Source: Ranitomeya imitator (lineage: Eukaryota). From it: DNA of 64,000 nucleotides. Positions 35,801 to 47,804 of the stretch are shown here, piece by piece. The stretch's first letter is position 1; each line of letters begins with the position of its first letter. Under the pieces are notes generated by a model, which was given only the letters and a program-made list of their open reading frames with translations, did not search any database and was not told the DNA's origin. The position numbers and the translations under genes were made by a program. The stretch spans positions 20,026,001 to 20,090,000 of the forward strand of contig NC_091285.1 in the NCBI RefSeq assembly GCF_032444005.1, read 5' to 3'.

Positions 35801-36567
35801 CCATAAACAAGCATAAAGAAGAGATGACGCAAGGTATAAGTCCTCACCTGATATTTTGTGGATAGGGCATCCCATGTGTAATAATGGTGCTCTCCAGAGC
35901 CACAACCGGCCGACCCTCTGTCAGTGCCTCCTCCACACTGGGATGTATTCTGAATGTGGAACCTAGACCCGGAATTTAAGTGTAATCTCTTCTGTCAAGG
36001 CTTAAAAATACAATCCTGTTACATAAGTTTACGATTGGAAAAATTATCATACAGAAGAATACAACTGGGCCAGAGTAGCACCGCAGAGGTCGGACATATG
36101 TGGGTCAAACAAGACCCCAACAAAACTCCTCTTACCTGTCGACATCACGGCTCCTCTTTTGACTAGTTGGCCTGAGATACCTGTGATTATGTTGCGTTGG
36201 GCCAACTTATCAAAAGAGGACCAGGAGATGTCAGAAGGTCCGAAGAGATTCACAAGGCTCTGGCCTGGTGACCATGAACTACCGACTTGGTTCTTGTGAA
36301 TCTTTTTACTCAGCATGAGTTCATTATGTTCCGGGTGTAGAGCGCATAATAATGTTCATTCAAATAACATTTAATATATTTGATGAGAATTTAATTCTCT
36401 GGTAACATTTTTGCAAATTTGCTCATAATTTACACCCAAGTAACCTAAATAACTTAAAGTGGGAACTTACTTTGGCTATCCAACCGTCTGTGGACCACGG
36501 CACTCCCCACCCGGACCATTGTATTTTGCACTCCGGTAGAACATCTTCTCACAGCAGAAACCAGCAT
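17394..36567 (-). CDS. Bifunctional pseudouridine-5'-phosphate glycosidase / pseudouridine kinase (PsuG-PfkB fusion), 18 coding exons, 2166 nt, 721 aa
   Basis: Exons: 36567-36471, 35962-35848, 35705-35531, 33733-33622, 33522-33416, 32793-32667, 32280-32160, 31054-30969, 30691-30549, 30429-30370, 29062-28996, 28728-28634, 28180-28052, 24276-24162, 23124-22987, 21339-21179, 18862-18774, 17622-17394. All GT-AG with consistent phases. PsuG motifs [70 protein letters not shown]; PfkB motifs [32 protein letters not shown]. Confidence 0.95.
18774..18862 (-). CDS. PsuG-PsuK exon 17
   Basis: [29 protein letters not shown] (PfkB GAGD anion-hole motif). Confidence 0.92.
19490..20535. repeat. ~87-93 bp tandem repeat with variable (CCT)n, ~12 copies
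   Basis: GATAACACAGGATCCACCATTCACAATAGGTGATGTCACAGCTCACCTCCTCCTGTACAATGACTGATAACACCTCTATATACAGTA. Confidence 0.95.
20766..20814. repeat. (TA)n microsatellite
   Basis: Directly visible. Confidence 0.95.
21179..21339 (-). CDS. PsuG-PsuK exon 16
   Basis: (D)[53 protein letters not shown]. Confidence 0.92.
21871..21998. mobile_element. Short MITE-like element
   Basis: TAGAGTTGAGCGAATAT ... ATATTCGCTCATTTCTA inverted termini; related ends near 25140-25165 and 59361-59665. Confidence 0.5.
22987..23124 (-). CDS. PsuG-PsuK exon 15
   Basis: (V)[45 protein letters not shown]. Confidence 0.92.
24162..24276 (-). CDS. PsuG-PsuK exon 14
   Basis: [38 protein letters not shown]. Confidence 0.92.
24605..24945. 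repeat. Two-copy local tandem duplication (~180 bp)
   Basis: TTTTCAGTTGTCTC.GAGC.AGTGGGAGGAGGCTAGC ... TGTGAATCCAGCATTGG occurs twice, about 180 bp apart. Confidence 0.75.
26150..27545. repeat. 40-bp minisatellite (TCAGCTCTGCTGTTCCACATCCTAGGAGCCGTCCTCACTC), ~35 copies
   Basis: Directly visible. Confidence 0.95.
27790..27990. repeat. ~19-20 bp G-rich minisatellite (ATAAGGGGTGTGGCTTA)
   Basis: About 10 copies visible, ending ~60 bp from the exon 13 donor. Confidence 0.85.
28052..28180 (-). CDS. PsuG-PsuK exon 13
   Basis: [43 protein letters not shown]. Confidence 0.92.
28634..28728 (-). CDS. PsuG-PsuK exon 12
   Basis: (D)[31 protein letters not shown]. Confidence 0.92.
28996..29062 (-). CDS. 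PsuG-PsuK exon 11
   Basis: [22 protein letters not shown] (PfkB signature 1). Confidence 0.93.
30370..30429 (-). CDS. PsuG-PsuK exon 10 (kinase domain start)
   Basis: [20 protein letters not shown]. Confidence 0.92.
30549..30691 (-). CDS. PsuG-PsuK exon 9 (glycosidase end and basic linker)
   Basis: (N)[47 protein letters not shown]. Confidence 0.9.
30969..31054 (-). CDS. PsuG-PsuK exon 8
   Basis: (R)[28 protein letters not shown]. Confidence 0.92.
31095..32049 (+). mobile_element. Tc1-family DNA transposon, 3'-truncated, with pseudogenised transposase (ATG 31311) in intron 7
   Basis: TA|CACTGCGTGCAGAATTATT left end; HTH region [29 protein letters not shown]; catalytic WTDE and MQDNAPSH; premature TGA at 31841-31843 plus frameshift; third catalytic residue and right TIR missing. 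Confidence 0.9.
32160..32280 (-). CDS. PsuG-PsuK exon 7
   Basis: (A)[39 protein letters not shown]. Confidence 0.92.
32667..32793 (-). CDS. PsuG-PsuK exon 6
   Basis: [42 protein letters not shown]. Confidence 0.93.
32827..33031. mobile_element. Degenerate TTAA-flanked MITE
   Basis: TTAA|AGGGGTTGCACACT ... AGTGGACAATCCCT|TCAA. Confidence 0.5.
33416..33522 (-). CDS. PsuG-PsuK exon 5
   Basis: (T)[35 protein letters not shown]; includes the KSILD Schiff-base lysine motif. Confidence 0.94.
33622..33733 (-). CDS. PsuG-PsuK exon 4
   Basis: [37 protein letters not shown]. Confidence 0.94.
33818..35305. repeat. 71-bp minisatellite (2 copies left, ~3 copies right) split by an LTR-like insertion
   Basis: ACAGGTGCACGACTCCCTACCAGACACAGCTCTGATCTCTCCTGTGTCC.TCACATGCCCCATA at 33818, 33889, 35106, 35177, 35248. 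Confidence 0.85.
33955..35100 (+). mobile_element. LTR-like element (about 1-kb LTR ending GTGGCGTCACA at 34963, plus a short internal stub)
   Basis: TG start and CA end, non-coding GC-richer block interrupting a tandem array; assignment to an LTR retrotransposon is from recalled resemblance to anuran LTRs, not verified. Confidence 0.5.
35531..35705 (-). CDS. PsuG-PsuK exon 3
   Basis: (S)[58 protein letters not shown]. Confidence 0.94.
35848..35962 (-). CDS. PsuG-PsuK exon 2
   Basis: (S)[37 protein letters not shown]. Confidence 0.95.
36471..36567 (-). CDS. PsuG-PsuK first coding exon (presequence-like N-terminus)
   Basis: GCCATGC start; [32 protein letters not shown] then A|GTAAGT; phase 1 fits exon 2. 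Confidence 0.8.
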
Positions 36568-38359
36568 GGCAGTTCATCTGATCTAATAGAAAAACATTGA
36601 TCATTATACTTTAGGTGGTACAACTCCAAGAACCCTATGATGGAAAAACTGTACTCAGAAGCATAGTTATAGGGGGGTACAGAGGTAGCAGCTGCAGTTT
36701 AGGCCTTGGTGCCAAAAGGGGCTCATTTGCCATATATAAAAACTCAGATATTATAAATAGAATGTGATATTTTGGAGAAAAATGGGGGTCTTCTACAAAT
36801 TTTGCACTCGTGTTAGAACTAGTGACCGATTTTGCAGAACACCTTGTAGTTTTCATAAGTGGTATTCAACTTCATTGAACCTGTGATCGGCTAAATTCTC
36901 ATATAACACTGCTAGTATTGCAGAGTGTTGTGTCTGCCTGTAGAAAGGCATGCCCTTTAGGCTTCTGTACATGGTAAACCTGGAGGCTAGTGTTAGACCC
37001 CAGGTTGCCAGAGAAATTCATCGGTTCTCCACAATTGCGCCAGTCCTGGGCTCTCTTCTTCTGCCTAACCACTTAAATGCTACGGTTCAAATTGGCAATA
37101 GCATCTAAAGGGCTAAAATGTCAGGATTGGACTCTGTTGAAGCAGGGTGTCAACATTATAATACAGTTGGCACTTTTAGAAGTTATGGTGCTGGTACAGC
37201 TCTCGTGCCTGCGCCATAATAGTATGTCTGATTGTTGGGACTGCATAAATTAGAGAAATAGGATTACTCGAGGGCGCAAGAGCAGCTGCTGGGTCTGCAT
37301 CTACAATGCAGATGTCCTCCGGTGACTATATGGACGAGTCGTGTCTCTTCCGACATCCACCTAGAGTCTATAAGTTCGCTTCTCACATTAAAATCTGATA
37401 CAGCGTTCACCTATAGGCTGAGACTCTATGGGTCTCCATATGTAAATTATAGCACTCAAATCTTATCTTAAAAAAGCCGTACTTTCAGTCCTAAGTTTGC
37501 TCGTCCTATATAAAGTATAAAGCCTTTATAAAATAATCATCAAAAGTTACAAACACCAAAAAGTGAATCATTAACAAACCTGCTGATAGAACAATCTACG
37601 ACCACAACTGTAAGAAGTGCGCAAGATGTGATCTCCTTCCGGAAAGCATAAAGCAGGAAATAGAAGCACAGAACTAGACAAGCCGCATAAAAATCCACCA
37701 TATTTCTTGCTCTCACAATGTAAAGTGACAGAGAACTGGGACAGATGACACTGCCACTGGCGCCTAATGGACAAAATATCGTGAGAAACGTAAAAGTGTC
37801 TTTATGAACCTGCGTCCCTTTAGACTTTATCCAGATGTTGCCGTCATGCTGTGGTTTATGCTAGAAAAATTCAGAAAAGTGTGATACGGAGGGATCCCGG
37901 ATGATAACGAGGGATCCTCATGGGAATATACACCAGAAAGAATGAACATGACCACGAGAGATTGGCCCTTTCTTCTGGCGGTTTCTTCTTGAAAGTCGCC
38001 ACTATGTTATATATGGAATTTAAATAAAAAGCCGCAAAAGACGTTCGAAAAGACTCTTCAGGGAAAATACCACCGATGTGTCTTTCGAAGCGTCTTCTGC
38101 TTGAAAAATTATGGGAGTACGCTGTTGTGTGCACTTAACCTAAAACAGCCTCCTGTCTACGAGCTGGAGGAAAAAATTAATGCTAACATAGTTTGCCCTA
38201 AAGAACCCGGCATTAAAAAGTTATTCCCATATTTTACTTTTACGGCATGTCCACAAGACCCATATCTGGACCAGATATCATCACATATCTCAAAACCGGT
38301 GAGTCAATGTCAGAAAGAAGGTGACTGAGCATTAACGGCTTCTTCTGTTCATTTTTATG

Positions 38360-38760
38360 GGACAACCACAGAGCCCCATAATATACTACCACAAGAACCC
38401 ATAAATACAACCACAGTGCCCCATAATCTACTGCCACAAGACACCATAAATACAACCACAGAGCCCCATAATATACTGCCACAAGACACCATAAAAAACA
38501 AACACAGTGCCCCATAATTTACTGCCACAAGAACCCATAAAATACAACCGCAGTGCCCCATAATTTACTGCCACAAGAACTCATAAAAGACAACCGCAGT
38601 GCCCCATAATTTACTGCCACAAGAACCCATAAAAGACAACCACAGTGCCCCATAATATACTGCCACAAAACGCCATAAAAGACAACCACAGGACCCCATG
38701 ATATACTGCCACAAGACCCCATAATATACTGCCAGTAGACCCCATAAAAGACAACTAAAG
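38360..38760. repeat. ~45-bp minisatellite (CCCCATAATATACTGCCACAAGACACCATAAATACAACCACAG), ~9 copies
   Basis: Directly visible. Confidence 0.85.
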
Positions 38761-39659
38761 GACGCCACAATAGAGTGCCACAATTTCCAATAATAAAGGC
38801 TAACATCGTGCTCCCATAATAAACAACCCCATTAATCCATAATGGATGGCCATAACGCCCCCATAATAGATACCTACCTGTAAGAACGATCCATATTGCC
38901 ACGATAGACAGTGCCCCGGACCCTATCATATAAATCCATCCTACCCCCATAATAGATATTGAGCGTCCCCCCTTCTACCAGTCACATGTCCAGTTTCTGG
39001 TGCGCTTGATCCTAAAAGTGCCAACAATAATCCCAGTGTAAGTGTCATCTACAGGGTTCACCGATGATTAGGTACAACGTAGAAAGTGGTAAAACTGGTC
39101 AACAGATTGGGCAAAAATGGCATCACACTTTCTGGTTTACAATGGTGAAACCTTTACTTCCAGTAAATGCAAAAAGTTTTCGACGCGAAGTTCCCCATAT
39201 AGCGGAGGAGGACAATGAATGAAGGCAATATGGCAGGTCTCTTATGGGGCTGATTTGGGGCTAATCTTACCTGCAGGAACCCAGGATACTTCTTACAGTG
39301 CAGGGGGGAGGTCACAGGTCCCTCCTCCATACTGTCCTGTATTCCAAACACAGATACTCTCTAGCTTATCATTAACCAATAGAGCAGTGGGTGAGGGAAG
39401 GGGATGGGTCAGGGGGCACCATGTCAGCTTCCTAACAAGGACACACGGGAGGAGGGCTGGAGGCCTGTAAGGGATCACAAACCTCAGCTGAATCATAAGA
39501 TCTTTGAGTAACAAAACCTTGTTTTTGGACTGAGATGAACGCCTTATTTTTGGTCCCAGCAAATTTTTATAGAAATACGGTAATCGGCTGATTTCAGCAA
39601 CCAGTTTAGGTCAGTGGTCTGCTGTTGTGAAGCAACAATAGCCCCCCCCCCAGCATTGG

Positions 39660-42200
39660 TTATTATTATTATTATTTATTTATATAGCACCATTGATTCC
39701 ATGGTGCTGTACATGAGAAGGGGTTACATACAAATTACAGATATCGTTTACAGCAAGCAAACTAACAATGACAGACTGATACAGAGGGGCGAGGACCCTG
39801 CCCTTGCGGGCTTACATTCTACAGGATGGAAGGGATGGAGACAGTAGGTTGAGGGTTGTAGGAGCTCCGACGTTGGTGAGGCGGTAGCTTCGGTAGTGAT
39901 GAGGCAGCAGCGGGGTCAGTGCAGGCTTTAGGCTTTCCTGAAGAGGTGGATTTTCAGGTTCCGTCTGAAGGATCCGAATGTGGTTGATAGTCAGATGTGT
40001 TGGGGCAAGGAATTCCAGAGGATGGGGGATATTCTGGAGAAATCCTGGAGGCGGTTGGGTGAGGAGCGAATAAGTGTGGAGGAGAGAAGGAGGTCTTGGG
40101 AGGACTGGAGATTACGTGAGGGAAGATATCGGGAGATTAGTTCAGAGATTTATGGAGGAGACAGGTTATGGATGGCTTTGTAGGTCAGTATTAGTAGTTT
40201 GAACTGGATACGCTGAGGGAATGGGAGCCAGTGAAGAGATTTGCAGAGGGGGGAGAGGAGGAGTAGCAAGGAGAGAGATGAATTAGTTGGGCAGCAGAGT
40301 TAAGGATGGACTGGAGAGATGAAAGGGTGTTAGCAGTGAGGCCACAGAAAAGGATGTTGCAGTAGTCAAGGGGGGAGATGATGAGGGCATGCAGAAGCAT
40401 TTTAGTAGATTGACAGTTGAGGAAATGACGGATTCTGGAGATATTTTTGAGCAGGAGGAGACAGGAGGTGGAAAGAGCTTGGATGTGCGGTTTGAAGGAC
40501 AGGGCAGAGTCAAGGGTCACTCCGAGGCAGCAGACTTCCAGTACGGGGGAAAGCGTGATGTCGTTAATTGCGATAGATAGGTTAGGTATGGAAGATCTAT
40601 GAGATGGAGGAAAGATGATGAGCTCAGATTTGTTCACATTGAGTTTGAGGAAGCGAGAGGAGAAAACGGAGGATATGGCTGATAGACACTCCGGGATTCT
40701 GAACAGCAGAGAGGTGACGTCTGGGCCAGAAAGGTAAATCTGAGTGTCATCAGCATAAAGGTGGTACTGGAATCCATGGGACTTTATGAGTTGTCCCAGG
40801 CCAAGTGTATAGATTGAGAAGAGTAGGGGTCCTAGAACAGAGCCATGGGGGACTCCAAGAGAGAGATGGTGGGATGAGGAGGTAGTGTGGGAGTGGGATA
40901 CACTGAATGGGCAGTTGGAAAGGTATGAGGAGATCCAGGATAGGGCGAGGTCTTTGATGCCAAAAGAAGGAGAGGATCTGTAGTTGGAAGCAGTGGTCAA
41001 CTGTGTCAAAAGCAGAGGACAGGTCTAGAAGGAGGAGTACAGAGTATTGTTCGTTAGCTTTGGCTGTAAGTAGGTGTCGTTAGTGATTTTGGTCAGGGCT
41101 GTCTCAGTTGAGTGATGGGGGCAGAAACCAGATTGTAGATTGTCAAAGAGCAAGTTAGATGAGAGGTGGGAGGAAAGTTCAGTGTGGACGTGCTGCTCTA
41201 GGAGTTTGGAAGCGAATGGGAGCAGCGATATTGGGCAATAGCTGGACATAGCAGTTGGATCGAGGGTTTGCTTTTTAAGGATAAGCGTGATTGTGGCATG
41301 TTTGAAAGCAGAAGGGAAGGTGCCATAAGTTAGTGATAGGTTGAAGAGGTGGCTTAGGGATGGGATAAGAATGGTGGCGAGCTTGGGGAGGAGGTGGGAT
41401 GTGATGGGGTCGAGTGCAGGTGGTGAGGTGCGATTTGGAGAGGAGACAATTAAGCCCCCCTTCAGTGATCTTGGAGAGGGAGGTTTTGGGGTTTGGGCAT
41501 TGGTCTGGTATACAAATGGGTTGTGGTGGTTGAACAATGAAGACTTGCCTTGTTTGGTCGATCTTAGTTTTAAAGTGTGTGGCAAAGTCCTCAGCAGAGA
41601 TGAGGGAGGTTGGGGGGGGGCAGTGGGGGCGGAGGAGGGAGTTAAAGGTTTTGAATAACTGTTTGGGGTTGGAGGATAGGGAGGATACAAGGGATGTGAA
41701 GTAGGCCTGTTTAGCAGAGGTGAGAGCTAATTTAAAAGCGAGTGTTGTCTGTTTGAATACAGTGAAGTCGTCTTGCGAATGTGTTTTCTTCCAATGCCGC
41801 TCTGCAACCCTGGACAGTTGCTGGAGCCTTTTAGTGGTGTTATTGTGCCAGGGTTGTCTATTGATACGTCGCACTCTGCCATGAACGAGAGGGGCGACCG
41901 TGTCAATAGCTGATGCGAGAGTGGCATTGTAGAAAGCAGTGGCGCTGTCTGTGTCATGGAGTGAGGATATGGATGCCAGTGGTAGGATAGAGTCAGAGAG
42001 CATTTGGGAGTCTAGGTGTGCAAGGTTTCTGCAGGGGTGCGCATTTTGTTGGACATGGGTGATCGGTGAGGAGGACAGGGATGAGAAAGTGAGCATATGG
42101 TGGTCGGATAGAGGAAGAGGGGAGGTGGTGAAGTTAGATAGAGAGCAGAGACGGGTGAAGACCATGTCTAGTGTATGTCCATCTGTGTGGGTGGCTGAGG
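39660..42200 (-). mobile_element. L2-clade LINE, 5'-truncated, frameshifted reverse transcriptase
   Basis: RT motifs [56 protein letters not shown]; 3' end at an (AAT)n tail near 39660. Confidence 0.92.
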
Positions 42201-42813
42201 AGGACCAAAAGATGAAGTAAGGGACAGAAGATTAGTTTTAGAATCTTGCTGTATGTTCACACTTTGAAAATTTGCTACAGATTTTGTTGTGGATTTAGCT
42301 CAATTTCATCTCCTTGGGTCTGTTCACATTATGTGTTTGAGCTGTGTATGTTTTTTGTCATGATTTTCCATAATGTAGTGTGACATACCCTTAAATTTGT
42401 CACAAAAAAATGGAATATATTTCAGTGTAGATGTTTTCCCGCAACAAGTACATGAGATTAGTTGCAATCTCATCTATTTAGCTGGTACCGTGTTAAGGCT
42501 TGTTTAGATGTCCGATTTTTCGCACACAAAAATCGAAAGCATGAGAAAAAAATTTTGATCAGAGTTTGATCAATTTTTCTCGAACATGGAGAAATAAAAA
42601 AATGGTTTCTCCACTTTCTCCTTTATGACAGTCAGTGATAATCGGACAGTACTCGGATGTTATCTGCATGTGGTCCGATTTTTCCACAGATCCATAGACT
42701 TGCATTGACTATTTTGATTTGACCCTAAGATCAACATCGGACATGTCTCCGTGATTTTTTTGTGGACCACCCGATTCGCGAAAAATCACGGATATGTGAA
42801 TATCCCCATAGAC

Positions 42814-42973
42814 GAGTGATTCCCAAACTCTTGTTTTCAGTATTTCCTTAGTATTGCACAGGTGAGAGCATTCCTGATACCTTGGTGATACTTCCATCGC
42901 CTGTGCAATACTAAGGAAATCCTGAAAACAAGACATGTTGGGGGCCGTGACGACTGGAATTTGGCAAATATTG
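42814..42973. mobile_element. Palindromic hAT-type MITE nested in an older element
   Basis: Flanks CCATAGAC / CTATAGAC (7/8 target duplication); ends GAGTGATTCCCAAACT ... AATTTGGCAAATATTG; related copy near 58304-58472. Confidence 0.55.
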
Positions 42974-43288
42974 CTATAGACTTTCAAAGGTACGTGTGCT
43001 ATCCGTGAAGACCATGTAAATGTTTTTTTTTGGTCCCGACAATGATAGTCTATGTGCCAGTTCATGTGAATTATTTTTCACATGGACTCTGGATCCATGT
43101 GAAAATGCAAAATAGTCTAGTAAATCGGACAAGACTAATGCATATGAATGGCAGAAGGGAAGACAAAGCTGCCACCGTCTGATAATTTTAGCGTCCTCTG
43201 TGAACGTAACCTTAGAAGTTATAGGTAGGTTTACAGCAGCAAGGAACGAATATATTAATTTTACACGTTACAAACAATTATGGACATA

Positions 43289-43847
43289 CAGTACAGACCA
43301 AAAGTTTGGACACATCTTCTCATTTAAAGATTTTTCTCTATTTTCATGACTATGAAAATTGTACATTCACACTGAAGGCATTAAAACTATGAATTAACAC
43401 ATGTGGAATTATATACTTAACAAAAAAGTGTGAAACAACTAAAATTATGTCTTATATTCTAGGTTCTTCAAAGTAGCCACCTTTTGCTTTGATGACTGCT
43501 TTGTACACTCTTGGCATTCTCTTGATAAGCTTCAAGAAGTAGTCATTGGGAATGGTTTTCACTTCACAGGTGTGCCCTGTCAGGTTCAATAAGTGGGATT
43601 TCTTGCCTTATAAATGGGGTTGGGACCATCAGTTGTGTTGTGCAGAAATCTGGTGGATACACTGCTGATAGTCCTACTGAATAGACTGTTAGAATTTGTA
43701 TTATGGCAAGAAAAAAGCACCTAAGTAAAGAAAAACGAGTGGCCATCATTACTTTAAGAAATGAAGGTCAGTCAGTTCGAAAAATTGGGAAAACTTTGAA
43801 AGTGTCCCCAAGTGCAGTTGCAAAAACCATGAAGTGCTACAAAGAAA
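43289..43847 (+). mobile_element. Tc1-family fragment (left TIR plus N-terminal transposase HTH)
   Basis: TA|CAGTACAGACCAAAAGTTTGGACAC; from 43703 MARKKHLSKEKRVAIITLRNEGQSVRKIGKTLKVSPSAVAKT. Confidence 0.88.
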
Positions 43848-44374
43848 AGGCAAAAAAATTGTAAAAAATAAATAGGGATAAAACAATGATTAAATGCCTC
43901 TTCCTAAGTCGAGCGATGTGAGGTCCTGTTTTCCTGTGGAGGAGAACTAAAATTTGGAAAATTCTATAAGCTTGGTTGCATCTAGTAGGTCTGACCTGAT
44001 GCTTCTTTGCATGAGAGATTTTAAAGGGTCCCCACCAGACCAGGAGAGAGGAGAATGGCTAATTACATGCAAAAGAGGACGGTAGTAGGACATAATTATA
44101 GTTTTTGTTATATACTCCCAATGGAATCTCCTCTGGACATAATATAATATTTTTACCAACTTATTTAGACAAGATATAACTATGATATCTCCGTAATTTA
44201 AGTTGAGACAGATGGTCCACATTAGGGGTAGTCATCTTTACCTACTTGTTAGCACCTGAAAGATTAAAAAGCACTCAGATAAAAGATTGAATTTCCTGTG
44301 GGCTGTGATCTCTAGACTAATGTAATTATCTCCATTTTACAGGACTTTACTGATGGTTAGAAGCTCTCATCTAA

Positions 44375-44789
44375 GGGTACCGTCACACAGTGACATTTTG
44401 ATCGCTACGACGGCACGATCCGTGACGCTCCAGCGTCGTAACAATATCGCTCCAGCGTCGTAGACTGCTGTCACACTTTGCAATGTACGACGCTGGAGCG
44501 ATAATTTCATGACGTATGTGCGATGTAGAAGCCGTTGGTTACTATGCGCACATCATGTACAATATCGTGCACACCTTTGTTACACCATGCAATCATGCCG
44601 CCACAGCGGGACACTAGACGACGAAAGAAAGTTTCAAACGATCTGCTACGACGTACGATTCTCAGCGGGGTCCCTGATCGCAGGAGCATGTCAGACACAG
44701 CTAGATCGCTGGAACGTCACGGATATATCGCTCGAACGTCACAAATCGTGCCGTCGTAGCGATCAAAATGCCACTGTGTGACGGTACCC
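44375..44789. mobile_element. PIF/Harbinger-type MITE (415 bp)
   Basis: TAA|GGGTACCGTCACACAGTG ... CACTGTGTGACGGTACCC|TAA. Confidence 0.9.
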
Positions 44790-47700
44790 TAACTCACATA
44801 ACACATCTATTGCAAGATTTCCTAGCACCAAATTGTCCAGAGTTTACATTTCGCCAAGTCTCTTGGTGTTGTCAGGAGGCCAACTGAAGAAGCCATAAAT
44901 TCCTAAATCTATAGTATTGATGGAAGCTCTTCTTCAGTTTTAAAGAGCCAAGTTATTAGAGTGGTCTAATCCTGTTTAGTGTATGCTGGGTGTGAAGTCA
45001 CCTCCATGACCAAGACCGTTTTTGAAGAACATATCCTGGGTATACCTTATAACAGCAAACATCCTGCTTGTGGTTATAGTGGGAGCTTCAAGGCCCTATA
45101 TTGAAATGTTCACTTACGTCACACAAGTGGTTGTTTCAATATAGAGCCGTGAACTAAGAACAAAAGTTTTGTCTGAAACCATCCCATCTGGTCCTTCAGT
45201 GCCAAATATCGAAGGTGCTATTGGACCTACCAAGGCATGCAGGATGTGCGGAGGTACCCACCCCCATTAAATACCATTAGGACATGAAGTGCTAGTGCCA
45301 GAACCATGAGCCCTAGTAAGGAATTGCAATGAGCCACTAGACCAGCATTGCAACGAGAAGGGATATTTGTGGTTCAAATCCTGAATACTGTACAGGCTGG
45401 ACAAGTATGGAGGACGTATTAAGGATTAAATGTAGGATTAAGGAGGTATTAAGTATGGTGAATTTCCAGTGAATTGATAGCAAAAATATTTATAGGGCAA
45501 GAAGACCAGGTCTTGCAGAAACCATGATGCTGTTGAAGTGGACGCTGAAAATCACCATCATCAGTCAAAGATACATCCGAGGTGCATCTCCCACCATTTT
45601 GGTGAAAATTTTGGAAGCCTGCTGTGATGTCTGGATAATTAAGATAAAATGATGTATCATCACACCTGCACATCCAATGCCTTTGATAGATGACTTCCTG
45701 TCAGTGATGGGAATTGCATAACATACTAATAGCAGATGTCTGTGGTTGAAAAAGATTGAGATAAGACCACCATAATTACACCTGTGATTGCTCCAGCCGT
45801 GCTTGGAGGAGCTCATCTTGAGCAGGAGGTTGAACACGATGACCTTCGAGCTCCCTTCCAACTCTAACATTCTATGATTCTATGAACTGAAAGTGTCGGC
45901 ATGAATCTTTTTGCTCAACGTTAGTGAACAACCCACAAACCAAACCACAAAAAGAGTAGTATTGAAGTCCCCCTAAAAAAGGTAAAATAATACAAGTAAT
46001 TCAAATGTAAATTTAATTGTTAGATATAACAAATAAAAGTCTTCCTAAAAAAGGCTCTCTTACGGCTGCAGCATGGATTAAAACTAAATCGGTTATGACT
46101 TTTGGAATGCACAAAAAATTCTGTGATTTTAAGGGCTTATGTAAATAGGTGAAGGTTGAAGGTTTAATGCTCAGACTGCTGTGCACATGGTACATAGCGC
46201 GATAGGATGGGCCCTGGCATGAGTCCCAGATGGAGATAGGACTGTGGAAAGCAGAGAGGGCGAGTCTGCAGGAAGAAACTGTGGAGAGATCCGGGAGAGA
46301 GTTAACAGAGAGAGTGGTGGTGTAAACGTCTCCCCAGGTGACTACTAAATATCTGGGCAACATCTTGCAGAAAGAGGCTTATGTGGAGGAAGCATTTACT
46401 GCGTTTTGGAGAATCCATCTTTCTGAGAAGTTGTCGTGAGGCCAAGGAGGAAGTAGCATAAAACAAAAAATATTGAGACGCTTGCAGCCAGCTAAGGAAA
46501 GAAAACTTGGAGTCCATCATAGAAGAAGGTACAGGACTTGTCGTCAGTACTTGTTGAGGACTTGTGGGTGTACCACACTGTGGATAGAAACCTTGATACT
46601 GAGTGGGGGGGGGGGGGGATTGTAGGGACCATGATACTCTGTTGGAAGTTTTGGGTGCCATGATACTGTCTGTGGGGAATATGGGTGATATCATACCATG
46701 TATGGGGTAATCATACTGTGCAAGGCCTCCTTCACAGTAGTGGTGCTTCCTGTACACGAAAAAACAGTACTGGTGTCCGTGTGTCATCCGTATGTACATA
46801 TGTGATATCCGTGTGAAATCCGTGTGTCCATGTGCCATACGTGTGTCCGTGAGACACGTACCGGCGCCTAGGAAAAGCAGTACAGTTCACGCTGATCCCA
46901 GTCACCGGGTGCTGAATGCAGCTCTCGTCATTGCTTTCCCTCTGCTGGTTATGAATCGTAGGCGGGATTCCATGGCATTTTTAAAATGTAATTATTTATT
47001 TTACACAGGATGTACACATCGGGTGCTAAATACAACTCCCAACATTGTCTCCTGCTTGCGCTGATCTCAGCGCAACCAGGGGACAATGACGAGAGCTGCA
47101 TTCGGTAGCCGGCACCTGGGATCAGTACGAACTGTATCACTTTTTCCCAGGCGCCGGTACGTGTTATGCTGATGACACACAGATGTCATCCGTATGTCAT
47201 CAGTGTCCACGTGTGCAGCACATATTTTGTCCGTGCTGTGCAAAAACAACTGACATGTCCGCTGGTTTTTCATACGGATACATGTCCGAGTGAAAAACCT
47301 ACCATGTGTGCACCATCATTGAATACAATGGTTGTGTGTATGTCCTTAAAAAATGGACAGTATACGGACATAAAAAAATGGACATGTAAAGAAGGCCTAA
47401 GGGCTATTGGGGCCATTACATTATCTGAGGGGATTGTGGAGACCATCCAACTATGTGTATTGGAGGCAGCGTACTGTCTGGGGGCCATGATACTGTGTTT
47501 GTGGGGTTTTGGAGGTTATGTACTGTCTGTGGGAGCCATAATGCTGCGTGAGGGACATCATATTCTGTGGGAAGCTGTAGGGGTATCAAACTGTTTAGCG
47601 GGCAAAGTGCACATCATCCTGATGGGGTTATTATACTAAGTGGCTCATCATACTGGGGGGAGTTATCATACTGTGTGAGGGGCTAGGGGCTGTGTAAGGA

Positions 47701-47804
47701 AATGTAGGGGCATCATACTGGATAAGGAATGACTGTGGGAGCCATTATGAAAGATGGTGGGGGAATGTTGTTGACATCATACTGAGTTGTGAATCACTGT
47801 AGGG

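Noticed and set aside
36047-36316. 89-aa minus-strand ORF in intron 1 with an internal GTAAGA donor
   Set aside because: No homology recognised; exons 1 and 2 join in phase without it
39271-39345. Possible non-coding first exon of the PsuG-PsuK gene (CAG|GTAAGA donor)
   Set aside because: Only a donor match; no promoter evidence without RNA data
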